Assembly (NCBI GenBank): GCA_963707635.1
Contig: OY970173.1
Coordinates: forward strand, 2,112,001-2,176,000
From: Candidatus Latescibacterota bacterium
GTDB lineage: Bacteria > Krumholzibacteriota > Krumholzibacteriia > WVZY01 > JAKEHA01
DNA length: 64,000 nucleotides
Direction: 5' to 3'
Within the stretch, counting starts at the first letter, position 1, and each line of letters starts with the position of its first letter. Made by a program: the position numbers and the translations under genes. Below, one piece after another: positions 29,060-38,994 of the stretch. Below the pieces are notes generated by a model that made no database searches, had not been told where the DNA came from, and saw only the letters and a list, made by a program, of their open reading frames with translations.

Positions 29060-30536
29060 GCCGCGGGTCGGCGGGCTGGAGCGCGGCCTCTGCCTCCTCC
29101 CGGATCAGGCGCGCCCCGGCCACGACCACACCGAACCACAGCCACAGCATGTACGGATAGATGTCATCGCGCTGGTGGTCGCTTCGGAGCTGGAGGACCG
29201 CGAACACCACGAACCAGACGTGGGCCAGGGCCATCAGGTCGCCGACGGGGTGGCTCTCGTTCTGCCAGACCCGCTGCGAGAGGGTCATGCGATAGATCCG
29301 AGCCATGATCCACATGAACGCGCCCAGGCCGAAGAGGCCCAGCGTCTGCAGATAGAACAGGTAGGCGTTGTGAGGCCAGAACTGGAACGCCAACCCCTCT
29401 ACCACGTCAAAGTACGGGCCGTGGCCAAAGAACGGGTGCTCCATGCTCTTGGCGATCGACGGGGCCCACGTCATCGTGCGCGTCTCCGGAACCATTCCCA
29501 CCATCTCGGTATGCAACAACCGGTCGAGTGGCGAAGTAGCCACCGTGTAGCGATCGAGGAGATAGGCCACCGATACCACCAGCAGTACGAAGGCGAGCAC
29601 CGCCGCGGACAGCTGTCGAAACGGCAATTTCCGGCGGAACAGAAACGTGGTGTATACGATCGCGATGGTGAGACCGATCAGACCGCCGCGGTTACCCGTC
29701 GAGAGAACGCCCACCAGTGTGGCCGCGGTCGCCAGTGCCCAGAAGGTCTTCTCCAGGGGGTTGCGCGCTTTCCACGCGAAGTACCCCAGCAGGCAGAACA
29801 CGTAGCTGCCGAAGTCGGCCACGTTCGCATCGCTGGCGAGGGCTCCGCCCACGCGGATCTTGTGCACTCGAGCCGCGAGCCGGCCACCCTCTTCCAGCCC
29901 TCGGCCCAGGTCGATCCAGCCGGGAATGATCACGGTGCCCGGCGCCACCAGTTCCACGATCGCCGTCAACATGACCAGCGTGATGCCGAAGGCCATCAGC
30001 TTCAGCAGACGGGTCAGCTTCTCCGGCGTGTCCACGAACGTGACGATCATGTAGAAGAACGCGAAGCACGCCAGTTGCCGCCACAGCACCTTAAGACCCA
30101 TGATCAAGAGGTGGTTGGTATCCACATTCATGAACGAGAGCACATAGGCGAGCGCGAAGAGCGCGATCGGGGCGTCGAGCGTCGTGCGGCGAAACAGACG
30201 CGCCTTGGTGGAGGCCGCGCGCACCGCCCAGATCATCGGGATCACCGTCATCAGGACGCTGTTGCTGCTCGCGATCGAAATGCCGCTCGGAAAGATGAAC
30301 AGCACGGCAAAGAGATAGACCGCGTAGACCATCTCGAAGCGAAACATGAATGCCATGAGCCCGAGAAACAGCGCGGCCTTGATGGCGCGGTGCTGGGGCT
30401 TGACGGCCTGCTCAGCGGAAAACAGCGCGCCGATGGCGACCAGGGTGGCGACAGGTATGATCCGCACCGCAAGGTCGAGGCCGCGCGCGAACCACGCGGT
30501 CCCGCGGCGCTGAGTCTTTTCAACCGTCGTATTCAC
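29037..30536 (-). CDS. O-antigen ligase/Wzy-like polymerase
   Basis: ~12 TM helices, STGNRGG, R..TW....HPFFGHG, PHNAYL. GTG 30536 start with an AGGA RBS (alternative 30590). Confidence 0.85.
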   Translation of the reverse strand: MNTTVEKTQRRGTAWFARGLDLAVRIIPVATLVAIGALFSAEQAVKPQHRAIKAALFLGLMAFMFRFEMVYAVYLFAVLFIFPSGISIASSNSVLMTVIPMIWAVRAASTKARLFRRTTLDAPIALFALAYVLSFMNVDTNHLLIMGLKVLWRQLACFAFFYMIVTFVDTPEKLTRLLKLMAFGITLVMLTAIVELVAPGTVIIPGWIDLGRGLEEGGRLAARVHKIRVGGALASDANVADFGSYVFCLLGYFAWKARNPLEKTFWALATAATLVGVLSTGNRGGLIGLTIAIVYTTFLFRRKLPFRQLSAAVLAFVLLVVSVAYLLDRYTVATSPLDRLLHTEMVGMVPETRTMTWAPSIAKSMEHPFFGHGPYFDVVEGLAFQFWPHNAYLFYLQTLGLFGLGAFMWIMARIYRMTLSQRVWQNESHPVGDLMALAHVWFVVFAVLQLRSDHQRDDIYPYMLWLWFGVVVAGARLIREEAEAALQPADPRLDSTLTT

Positions 30537-30596
30537 GGCAAATTTCCTGATGCCGGACCCTCCGGCGGAGGCGGGCACGGTCCCGCGCACGGGTGG

Positions 30597-30612
30597 AGCA
30601 AAGGACGTTCCG
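30597..30612 (-). promoter_or_regulatory. sigma54 promoter candidate upstream of the ligase/polymerase gene
   Basis: CGGAACGTCCTTTGCT (GG-N10-GC with ACG and TTGCT). Confidence 0.45.
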
Positions 30613-31566
30613 CTACCGTCCGTCTTGCAGGAGAAGATACAGAAGGGGCAGCAGAATCTCGTGGTGCCCGGTGATCATGTGGCTCTCGCCGGCGCCCCGG
30701 AACGGGCGCGACAGCACGTTCTCGCGCACCCGGTACTGCGGCAACATGTCGAAGCAGGCGGTGAACACCCCGCCCGGCGTCGCCCCCAGATTATAGGCCA
30801 CCGAGACGGCCTTCAAGAACACCTCGGGCAGCACCACCGCGGAGCCGGCCAGGATCACGACCCCGGCGTCGAACACGCGGCCCACCCGGTGGGCCAGGAT
30901 GCGAAAGTCGCGCATGGATAGTTCCGCGGCGTCGGCGGCCGGGAATCCCGGGTGCGGGTGGGTGATATCCGTGCCGAGCGCCACGTGGACCGTGGCCGGG
31001 ATGCCCCGGGCGTGAGCCCCCGCGAACACGCTGGTGCGACGGTGGGGCGCACCCTCCGCCGCGATGTAGGCACCCATCCCCTGCCCCAACCCCATCGCGT
31101 GAGCGGCCGCGAATCGAATCGCGGCGTTGAAGCGCTGCGACGTCTCCGCCGACATGCCGAAACGTCCCCGGGGCAGCTCGGCCGCCACGTCTTCCGAGGT
31201 GTGTCCGAAAAAGGCGAGCTCCAGATCGTGAATCGTCGACGACCCGGTGGTGGCCAGACAGGTGACGAACCCGTCGTCGACCAGCGCGTTCATGTAGCCG
31301 CCGAGCCCGCACTTGATGACGTGCGCGCCCATCAGCCACACGATCTCGCGCCCTTCGGCGCGCGCCCGCCGCAACGCCTCCGCCGTGCGCTGGAGCGAGT
31401 CGGCCGCCAGAATGCGCGGGAACGCCCGCGCCAGTTCGGTGGCGGAAACCGTCACCGGCGCGGCGCGCGGGTCCACGATGTCACCGACGTGCACCTTCGA
31501 GGCGCGCCCTTCGATCGGGGTCGCGCGGATCCGGGAAAGGTCGGCTTCTTCGAAGCGCTCGCTCAT
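30613..31566 (-). CDS. Conserved hypothetical protein (GSU2086-like; deoxyhypusine-synthase-like fold suspected)
   Basis: MGAHVIKCGL, IHDLE, GHTSEDV...GRFGM, HVALGTDI.H, GSAVVLPEVFLKA, GHHEILLPL. Family recalled from motifs. Confidence 0.6.
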   Translation of the reverse strand: MSERFEEADLSRIRATPIEGRASKVHVGDIVDPRAAPVTVSATELARAFPRILAADSLQRTAEALRRARAEGREIVWLMGAHVIKCGLGGYMNALVDDGFVTCLATTGSSTIHDLELAFFGHTSEDVAAELPRGRFGMSAETSQRFNAAIRFAAAHAMGLGQGMGAYIAAEGAPHRRTSVFAGAHARGIPATVHVALGTDITHPHPGFPAADAAELSMRDFRILAHRVGRVFDAGVVILAGSAVVLPEVFLKAVSVAYNLGATPGGVFTACFDMLPQYRVRENVLSRPFRGAGESHMITGHHEILLPLLYLLLQDGR

Positions 31567-31588
31567 GGCTCCACGTCTCCCGCGCGCG

Positions 31589-32422
31589 TCACTTCTTGCC
31601 CACCTGATAGCTCTTCAGCACCGCGGCCACGTGCCCGATGATAACCTTGCTCTTCATCAGCACCGGCATTCGCCTGCGGTCGTCCGTCACCCACACCATG
31701 AGCCGCCCCTTCTGGGTAAACACCCCCGGGCCGCGCAGAATCGGCTCCACCACCAGGCAATCGAACTCCCCCGCTTCCACCTTCACCCGTTCCCGCCCGT
31801 GCACTTTCACGATCAGCGGGTAGTTCTTGCCGTCGGTGTGGTTCGCGAACGCAATCGACATTCCGACCTCGAGGGGCAGGGTGCGGACATAGTACAGCGC
31901 CGAGAGGACGTCCTGGCTCCGGGGCGCAATCGGAACCACCTTGTCCTTGTACGTCGCCCGGTGGTTGACCTGGTCGAAATCGACCGCCTGGTCGCGCTTG
32001 AACTTGCCCTCGCGAATGTGCTTCTCGTAGCGCAGGCTGTACAATTCGGTGGTGTCCACGTAGGACTCGTAGCGGTCGCGCACCTCGAAGAACTTCGAGA
32101 AGAAATCGTTGCTCCGCGCGTCGGACACGATCCGGTAACACGGCCGACCCTCCAGGGTGGCGATGTTGCGAATCTCGAGGGTGGCCTCGCCGGCCGTCAC
32201 CAACCCGTACTGCACGGTAAACACGAGCCGCTCCCCCACCCCGAACCCGACGAACTCCGGCCCGATGTCGACCACGGTGTCCACCGGCAGGTCGGACTCG
32301 TACAGCGAATCGTAGAACGTGTACGAGGAGTCGCCGCCCGCCCCGGCGCGGAGCGGCGCGGAACCCGGCAACGCGGACCAGACCACGGCGCCGGCGATCG
32401 CAAGAGTAACGCGTGCAATCAT
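31589..32422 (-). CDS. Exported DUF3108-family protein
   Basis: Signal peptide, FGVGERLVF, DVLSALYYVR, E.VKVEAGEFDC, VWVTDD.RRMPV. Confidence 0.75.
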   Translation of the reverse strand: MIARVTLAIAGAVVWSALPGSAPLRAGAGGDSSYTFYDSLYESDLPVDTVVDIGPEFVGFGVGERLVFTVQYGLVTAGEATLEIRNIATLEGRPCYRIVSDARSNDFFSKFFEVRDRYESYVDTTELYSLRYEKHIREGKFKRDQAVDFDQVNHRATYKDKVVPIAPRSQDVLSALYYVRTLPLEVGMSIAFANHTDGKNYPLIVKVHGRERVKVEAGEFDCLVVEPILRGPGVFTQKGRLMVWVTDDRRRMPVLMKSKVIIGHVAAVLKSYQVGKK

Positions 32423-33543
32423 GCTGCTCGTTCCCGTCCCGGGAAATGGTGAACGTCGCATAGCGCCCGGTAGACGTCCAGGGTTTTGTTCACCATGGTG
32501 TGGTAGTCGTACCCCGCCGCGCGGCGCGCCGCTTCCCGCACGCAGGCCGCGCGCAGAGTGTCGTCATTCAACATGCGAAGAATCGCGTCCGCGAGCAAGC
32601 CCGGGTCGCGGGCGGGAACCAGCAGTCCGCTCACGCCGTCTTCCACGATTTCGGGGATGCCGCCCGCGCGCGTCGCGACCACCGGAACCCGCAGGACTTG
32701 CGCGTCCATGATCGACGTCCCCAACCCTTCCAGGTACGAGCTCATGACGAACACGTCGAAGATGCTCAGCAGTTCGAGCGCGTCCTGGCGAAACCCGGTG
32801 AACACGACCGCGTCCGCGATCCCAAGCTCGCGGGCGAGGCGCTCGAGCTCGGCGCGCAGTTCGCCCTCGCCCACCAGGAAGAAGCGCACCCCCGGGCGTT
32901 GCGCGCACACCCGCGCCGCCGCGCGCAGCAGATCCGCGTGCGCCTTGTGCGGCGCCAGCGCGGCGACGCTGCCCACGATGCGCTCGCCGTCGCGCACGCC
33001 GAATTCGTCGCGCAGGTAGGACGCGTCGCGCATGTGCTTGAACTTGTCGAGGTCGATTCCGCTGTGCGCGAGAAACACGCGCGCCGGCGGAATCCCGCCG
33101 GCGACGAGCACGTCGCGCACGCCCTCCGAGATGGCGATGTACGCGTCCGCGCCGCGACGGTATTTCAACGCCGCCAACACGCTCCTTCCGGGCGCGAAGT
33201 CCACGCGCCGGCTCACGACGTGGATGGGCCGCGGTCGCACGCCCACGCGCGCCAGCGCCGCCCACCCGTGCGCCCGCGACGCGTGCGAGTGGACGAGGTC
33301 GAACGCCCCGCGCGCGATGATGCCGCGCAGCCTTGCGCCGCCCACAATCGTATCCGGCTTCCATCCATGCCGGACGACGCGCAACCCCTCCGTCCTCGCA
33401 CACAACGCGCCATCCGCGGGCGCCGCCAGGTGGACCTCCACCCCCACCTCCACCAGGCCCTTCATCAGGAGCAGGACCTGCGCCTGCCCGCCGCGCCAGG
33501 TCCGTTCCGAATCGACCATCAGCACGCGGAGCGGCGCGCTCAT
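32419..33543 (-). CDS. Glycosyltransferase family 4 (LPS-associated)
   Basis: DSERTWRGGQAQ, SSYLEGLGTSIMDA. Confidence 0.9.
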   Translation of the reverse strand: MSAPLRVLMVDSERTWRGGQAQVLLLMKGLVEVGVEVHLAAPADGALCARTEGLRVVRHGWKPDTIVGGARLRGIIARGAFDLVHSHASRAHGWAALARVGVRPRPIHVVSRRVDFAPGRSVLAALKYRRGADAYIAISEGVRDVLVAGGIPPARVFLAHSGIDLDKFKHMRDASYLRDEFGVRDGERIVGSVAALAPHKAHADLLRAAARVCAQRPGVRFFLVGEGELRAELERLARELGIADAVVFTGFRQDALELLSIFDVFVMSSYLEGLGTSIMDAQVLRVPVVATRAGGIPEIVEDGVSGLLVPARDPGLLADAILRMLNDDTLRAACVREAARRAAGYDYHTMVNKTLDVYRALCDVHHFPGRERAA

Positions 33544-34640
33544 CGGGACATCGTCTCCTCGCAAATAGCCACGAAGCGCCTCGCCAGGGGCACGGGCGAA
33601 AACTCCCGTCGCACCCGCTCACCCGCCGCCCGCCCGATGCGTTCGCGCAACGCGGGGTCGCGCGCGAGGCGCACGATCGCCGCGGCGAGGGCATCCGCGT
33701 CGCCGGGCGCGGCGAGCACGATATCCACGCCGTCGCGGAAGGTCTCGCGGACGGCCGCGGTGTCCCCCGTGATCACCGCGCGCTCCATGCCCATGCACTG
33801 GTAGACCTTGTTCGGAACCACGCGCGCCGCCTTCGACGTCGTGCCGAACACGCCGAGGCAAATGGACGCGCGCGCGATGCGCCCGGGAAGTTCCGCCAGC
33901 GGGACGCGCGGAAGAAATTGCACGTTTCCGAGTCTCGCGTCACGAGCGAATCGTTCGACGGACGCGTGGGTCTGTCCCCCGCCGATCAACTCGAAGCGGA
34001 TGCCGGGCGTCTCGCGCAGGCGGGCCGCCGCACGAACGATGCACACCGCGCCGTGCAGCGGGAGATAGCTCCCGTAGAAGAGCACGACCACCGGATCGGC
34101 GGCCGCCCCCGCCGCGGGCGCGGCGGTGAACAGCGCGTCGTCGTATCCGACCTCCAGCACGCGTATGCGCGTATCCGGAGGCGCCAGGTCCCGGGCGAAG
34201 TATTCGGCGTGCGCGCGGGTGTCGGCGAGCACGGTGTCCGCCAGCCCCATCGCCAGCCGGTCCAGGTTCTGGTTGTGCCACGCCTGCGCCCCGCGTTCCC
34301 CGGCGTCGCGGCGGTCCCGCACGCGGGTGTCGAAGCGCGAGACCAGCGGGTCGAACACCACCCGTTTGCCGGTCGCGCCCGCCAGCGCGGCGGCGAGCAC
34401 CATGTCCTTGTGACGGAACTCGGGTACGAAGAGCACCTCGTAATTACGATCCATGGACCCGTAGCGGCGCGCCAGCGACGCGTAGCGCCGGATCACCTTG
34501 AGCCGCGGAGACGCGGTGCAGCTCGCCACGGTCACGCCGAGCCGGCGCAATCCTTCCAGGAGGACGGCGCTGCGCGGGTAGCCGACGTGATGGCCCCCGA
34601 AGAGACACACGCCCTTCAGTTGTTTCGCTTCCGTTCCCAT
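33540..34640 (-). CDS. Glycosyltransferase family 4
   Basis: GYPRS, LADT..HA, FYGSYLPLHG, CLGVFG..KAARVVPNKVYQ. Confidence 0.85.
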   Translation of the reverse strand: MGTEAKQLKGVCLFGGHHVGYPRSAVLLEGLRRLGVTVASCTASPRLKVIRRYASLARRYGSMDRNYEVLFVPEFRHKDMVLAAALAGATGKRVVFDPLVSRFDTRVRDRRDAGERGAQAWHNQNLDRLAMGLADTVLADTRAHAEYFARDLAPPDTRIRVLEVGYDDALFTAAPAAGAAADPVVVLFYGSYLPLHGAVCIVRAAARLRETPGIRFELIGGGQTHASVERFARDARLGNVQFLPRVPLAELPGRIARASICLGVFGTTSKAARVVPNKVYQCMGMERAVITGDTAAVRETFRDGVDIVLAAPGDADALAAAIVRLARDPALRERIGRAAGERVRREFSPVPLARRFVAICEETMSR

Positions 34641-35365
34641 GCCTTGGAATACTTGAGAAACACGCTGAACGAGGAAAGCAGGCACAGCACGAGTCCTGGG
34701 TATCCGTCGAGAAAACCCCGCTGCAGCATGTACATACGCACGAAGCGAAACGGTGGGTGCAGCACCATGTTGAGCAGCTCGAGCCGGCCGCCCCGTTCCA
34801 CGTATTGCTGGGCACCCCGCGAGGTGTACGCGTCGATCTTCTCCAGGTGGTGCTCGACGCCGCGGTAGGGCGTGTGGGCCAGCGGCGCCTCGAGCCGGCC
34901 GACGGGCCCCGCCGCCTCGACTTCCTCGTGTACCCGCGCCGGCGGGTACGACGCGCGCCGCCGGTCGTAGAGGCGAAGCACCTTGTCGCGCTGCCAGCCG
35001 CACCCGCGAATCGTGCGGCCGAGGTAAACGCTCCGCCGCCGTATCCAGAACCCGGCGCGATCCTGCGGATCGAGGGCGGCGATCTCGGCGCGAAGCCGCT
35101 CGCTCACGACCTCGTCGGCGTCGAGCACGAGGAGCCAGTCGCTGCGCGCGCGCCCGGCGGCCCAGTTCTTCTGTTCCGAGGGCGACGCGTACGGCCGCTG
35201 GTAGACGGCCGTCGCGCGCACGCGCGCCGCCGCCACCGTTTCGTCGCCGCTGAAGGAATCGACCACCAGCACCTCGCCGAATCCCCGCACGCTCTCGAGG
35301 CAGCGGCCGATGGTGGCAGCCTCGTTGAAGGTGGTGACGACCACGCTGACGTTCGCGAGGTTCAT
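34616..35365 (-). CDS. GT2 LPS beta-1,4-glucosyltransferase-like (WaaE/KdtX type)
   Basis: VTTFNE, VVDSFSGDET, QKNWA, LDADE, VHE, GFLDG.PG. Confidence 0.88.
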   Translation of the reverse strand: MNLANVSVVVTTFNEAATIGRCLESVRGFGEVLVVDSFSGDETVAAARVRATAVYQRPYASPSEQKNWAAGRARSDWLLVLDADEVVSERLRAEIAALDPQDRAGFWIRRRSVYLGRTIRGCGWQRDKVLRLYDRRRASYPPARVHEEVEAAGPVGRLEAPLAHTPYRGVEHHLEKIDAYTSRGAQQYVERGGRLELLNMVLHPPFRFVRMYMLQRGFLDGYPGLVLCLLSSFSVFLKYSKAWERKRNN

Positions 35366-36417
35366 GCGGCGCGACCCACGACGTCGAGGATCTCCCGCTC
35401 CACATCCGCCACCGCGATGTCCATGCACGGCGAGCCGAACGGGCACTCGAGGCGGCGGCACGGTGAGCACGACAGCCCGCGCCAGAGCGCGCGATCGCGC
35501 GCGGTGCCCATGTGCCACTCGCGCGGGTCGGTCGCGCCGAACACGGTCACCGTCGGCACGCGCGCGCACACGGCGAGGTGCTTCAAGCCGGAGTCGATGC
35601 TAACCAGCCCCCCCAGGTTCGCCAGCGCCGCCGGGAGTTCGTCGAGCGCGAACCGCGGCGCCAGCACCGCGTCGCCGCCGGCGCGTTGCACGATCGCCTC
35701 CGCCGCTTTCTCTTCCCCGGGGCCCCAGAACACGACTACCGCGCACCCCGCGCCCGCGAGCCGGCGCGCGAGCGCGACAAACCGGCCCGGGTCCCAGGCC
35801 TTCACCGGCACCGGCCGGCCCGGGTTGAGCCCGACGACCCGCCCCGCGCGCAGGGCGTCTCGCGACACGCCGCTCTCGACCAGGCGATCGCGCGCCCGCG
35901 CGATCGCCCCGTCGTCGCGCGCGACCGCCGGCAGGACGGACGCGGCCTCCGCGGCGCCTACGTGTCGCGCCAGCCGCATCCCCGCCACGATCGAATCGTA
36001 CGGCACGCGCCGCCCGTCGAGCCAGTCGGCGCGTCCCTCGACCGCCGTGTAGGCGCGCTTGCGCACGCGCACGTCGAATCCGACGCGCAAGGGCGCGCGG
36101 GACGCCAGCGTGATCAGCGCGGATCGCGCGCTGCCGTGAAAATCGATTGTCGCCGTCGCCCGGAGCGAAGCGACTGCCGAGAGAAAGCGCCACCAGGCCC
36201 GCAGACCCTCGCCGCGCGGCGGTATCAGCACCCGGTCGACGAATTCGAACTTCTCCACCACCGCCGCGTACGGCCGGTCGACGACGTACGCGATCGAACG
36301 TCCCGGCCGACCTTCCTTCACCGCACGGAGCACTTCCAGCGCGGCGAGCACGTCGCCGAGCTGGCGCAGCCGGATCGCCAGGATCCACTCGCGCGCCGGT
36401 GCGACTCTCGCGGTCAC
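35362..36417 (-). CDS. GT9 heptosyltransferase-like
   Basis: IRLRQLGD, NPG...KAW, IDSGLKHLA, FGATDP, CSPC...CP. Confidence 0.88.
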   Translation of the reverse strand: MTARVAPAREWILAIRLRQLGDVLAALEVLRAVKEGRPGRSIAYVVDRPYAAVVEKFEFVDRVLIPPRGEGLRAWWRFLSAVASLRATATIDFHGSARSALITLASRAPLRVGFDVRVRKRAYTAVEGRADWLDGRRVPYDSIVAGMRLARHVGAAEAASVLPAVARDDGAIARARDRLVESGVSRDALRAGRVVGLNPGRPVPVKAWDPGRFVALARRLAGAGCAVVVFWGPGEEKAAEAIVQRAGGDAVLAPRFALDELPAALANLGGLVSIDSGLKHLAVCARVPTVTVFGATDPREWHMGTARDRALWRGLSCSPCRRLECPFGSPCMDIAVADVEREILDVVGRAA

Positions 36418-37472
36418 GTCGATGCGCTCCCGGCGCGCGACCCTTCCGTCAGCACCCGCTCCAGATCGTTCCACACCGACTCGGCGGAAAGGTCCATCAG
36501 GCACGCCGTGGTTCCCAACGGGCACTCGTGCCGGTGACAGGGGCGGCACGGCACCTCCACGCGCGCGGCGCGGAATGGCCCGAACGATTCGTACGGAAAC
36601 CACACCTCCCACTCGCTGCTCCCAAAGATGCCCACGGTCGGCGTTCCCACCGCGACCGCGACGTGCATGATCCCGCCGTCACACGCCACCATCGCGTCCA
36701 GCTGCGCGATCACCGCCGCGACCGATCTCACTCCGAGCACCGGCAGCACTCGTACCGCGTCCCCGCAGCGCTCGTGTACCGCTCGCGTCGCGTCCTGTTC
36801 GCCGGGTCCGGTGAAGAGGACCACGTCCGTCCCGCCGCGGGAACGGGCGAGCTCTGCCAGGCGCGCGAACTTCTCGGCGGGCCAGCGTTTGACCGGCCAC
36901 TTCCCGCCCGGATGCATGCCCACCCGAGCCCGGCCGCCGCGTGCGCCGACGCCGGCCAGGACGTCCTCCGCCGCCGCCCGCTCGGACGCCGTGACCGCGA
37001 GCGACGGTTTGCCTGCGGGCCGCTTCTCCAGCCCTACGGCCGCGCCGTAGGCCAGAAACACCTCCGTTACCGCCCGCGTCGACGATGGAACCCGCACGGG
37101 GTGGGTGTAGAGACGCCGACGGCCGCGCCGGTCGCCTCCCACCCGGATCGGCGCGCCCGAGAGCCACGAGAGCCACGCGCTGCGCGGGTTCGAGTACAAA
37201 TCGATGACGGCGCGGTAGCGCCGTTCCCGCAGCGCGCGCGCCGTGTGCACGCCTGCGAGAGCGCCGGATTCCAGCCCCAGCACGCGCGCGAATCGTTCGT
37301 CACCCGCGAGCAGGTCGGCGCCGGGGCGTCGCGAGAGGTAGTCGATCTCGATGCCGGGAAACTGCGCGTGGAGGGCATCGACCAGCGGCAACGAGAGCAC
37401 GACGTCGCCCAGATAGTTGAGGCGCGTCACCAGCACGCGGTCGCCGCGTCCGAGCGACGGCGGCGCGGTCAT
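36414..37472 (-). CDS. GT9 heptosyltransferase-like
   Basis: TRLNYLGD, HPGGKWPVKRWP, CDGGIMHVA, CRPC...CP. Confidence 0.88.
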   Translation of the reverse strand: MTAPPSLGRGDRVLVTRLNYLGDVVLSLPLVDALHAQFPGIEIDYLSRRPGADLLAGDERFARVLGLESGALAGVHTARALRERRYRAVIDLYSNPRSAWLSWLSGAPIRVGGDRRGRRRLYTHPVRVPSSTRAVTEVFLAYGAAVGLEKRPAGKPSLAVTASERAAAEDVLAGVGARGGRARVGMHPGGKWPVKRWPAEKFARLAELARSRGGTDVVLFTGPGEQDATRAVHERCGDAVRVLPVLGVRSVAAVIAQLDAMVACDGGIMHVAVAVGTPTVGIFGSSEWEVWFPYESFGPFRAARVEVPCRPCHRHECPLGTTACLMDLSAESVWNDLERVLTEGSRAGSAST

Positions 37473-37969
37473 GACGGCCCCGTGCCGCCGCCCCGCCCCG
37501 CCGAGCGCACGCGCGTGACGATCTCCCTCGACGCGTGGGACTTGGCGTCGCCGGTGACGATCGTGCGAATGCCGAGACGTTCCGAGACCGCGAACTCCGG
37601 TACGGTCTCGGGGCGGTAGTCGGTTCCCTTCGCGTGGACCGCCGGCCGCAGGCGCTCCAGAATCCCCGCCACGCTGTCCTCGTCGAATACGAGCACGGCA
37701 TCGACCCAGCGCAACGCGGCCACGACGCGCGCGCGGTCGGCCGCGCCGACGACGGGACGGCCTTCGCCCTTGATCCGGCGCGTCCCCGCGTCGCTGTTGA
37801 CCGCCACCACCAGGAAGTCGCCGTGTCGTTTCGCATCCTCGAGGTAGCGAACGTGGCCGACGTGGAGCGGGTCGAAGCAGCCGTTGGTCAGAACCACGGC
37901 TGCCGGGTTGGCCGCGCGGACGGCGGCCACCAGCGCGTCGAGATCCGCGTAGACCGGGGCCGCTCTCAT
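37469..37969 (-). CDS. hldC: D-glycero-beta-D-manno-heptose 1-phosphate adenylyltransferase (RfaE domain II)
   Basis: TNGCFDPLHVGH, VAVNSD, KG.GRP, HAKGTDY. Confidence 0.9.
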   Translation of the reverse strand: MRAAPVYADLDALVAAVRAANPAAVVLTNGCFDPLHVGHVRYLEDAKRHGDFLVVAVNSDAGTRRIKGEGRPVVGAADRARVVAALRWVDAVLVFDEDSVAGILERLRPAVHAKGTDYRPETVPEFAVSERLGIRTIVTGDAKSHASREIVTRVRSAGRGGGTGPS

Positions 37970-38982
37970 GCGCGCTCACCCGCGGCGCCGGGCGCCGCGA
38001 TCGCCGAGCGCACCTCGTCGGGCGACGCCGTCGCGGTGCCTCGCTTCATCACAACCACCGAGGCCGCGAACGTCGCCATCTGCGCGGCTTCGGCGAGTGT
38101 TCCGCCGGCGGCCAGCGACAGCGCGACCATGGCCGCCACGGTGTCTCCGGCTCCGGTCACGTCGGTGGCCTCGCGGCTGCCGGCGATGCCGATGGTCGCG
38201 TAGGCGCCGTGCGCGTCGCACACGATCATCCCCAGGCTTCCCCGGGTCACGATGAGACCCTCCAGCCCGCACTCGGCGACCCGCCGCTTCATGGCCTCCG
38301 CGTCCATCAGGTCCGCCTCGCGCTCGATGCCCAGCGCCTCCATCGCCTCCACTTCGTTGGGGACCGCGACCGTGGCGCCGCGAAACCACGCCAGCCGGTA
38401 GCGGCTGTCGACGACGATCGGCACCGCGCGCGCGCGTGCACGCGCGATGGCGTGCTCCACGACCGGGGGCGAGAGCACACCGAGGCCGTAGTCGGCGAGC
38501 AGCACCACATCGCTTGCGGCAACGGCGTCGGAAATCGCGGTCAGGAGCCGCCCGGCGAGGCCGTCGGCGAGTGCGACGCGGTGGGAGCGGTCCACCCGCG
38601 CGACCTGCTGCTTCTGGGCGTTCATCTCGCCGGCCATGATGCGGAGCTTGGTCGAGGTCGCCTCTGCGGGTGCGACGAGCAGCGCGTGCGTGTCGACGCC
38701 GCGGCTGCGCAGGAGTTCGCAGAGCGTCACACCCTCCGGATCGTCGCCGAGCACGCCCACCGCCACCGCGGCCCCGCCCAGGGCGGTCACGTTCTGCGCC
38801 GCGTTGGCGGCCCCACCCGGGTGGTGCGCGCTCTGTTGATAGTCGATGACCGGAATCGGCGCCTCGCGCGAGACGCGCGACGTCGTGCCCAGGATGTACT
38901 GGTCGAGCAGGTAGTCCCCCACGACCGTCACCCGTCGTGAGCGAAACTGCTCCAGGAGGTCGAACAAACGTTTTCGATTCAT
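37966..38982 (-). CDS. hldA: D-glycero-beta-D-manno-heptose-7-phosphate kinase (RfaE domain I, PfkB family)
   Basis: VGDYLLDQY...RVSREAPIPV, GGAAN, DVTGAGDT. Confidence 0.9.
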   Translation of the reverse strand: MNRKRLFDLLEQFRSRRVTVVGDYLLDQYILGTTSRVSREAPIPVIDYQQSAHHPGGAANAAQNVTALGGAAVAVGVLGDDPEGVTLCELLRSRGVDTHALLVAPAEATSTKLRIMAGEMNAQKQQVARVDRSHRVALADGLAGRLLTAISDAVAASDVVLLADYGLGVLSPPVVEHAIARARARAVPIVVDSRYRLAWFRGATVAVPNEVEAMEALGIEREADLMDAEAMKRRVAECGLEGLIVTRGSLGMIVCDAHGAYATIGIAGSREATDVTGAGDTVAAMVALSLAAGGTLAEAAQMATFAASVVVMKRGTATASPDEVRSAIAAPGAAGERA

Positions 38983-38994
38983 GGGGTCACCGCG

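Noticed and set aside
24072..30620. ops-like sequences GGCGGTAC (24072-24079) and GACGGTAGCG (30611-30620) on the minus strand
   Set aside because: Each mismatches the GGCGGTAG core, lacks the downstream TG/JUMPstart context, and is likely by chance at this GC content.
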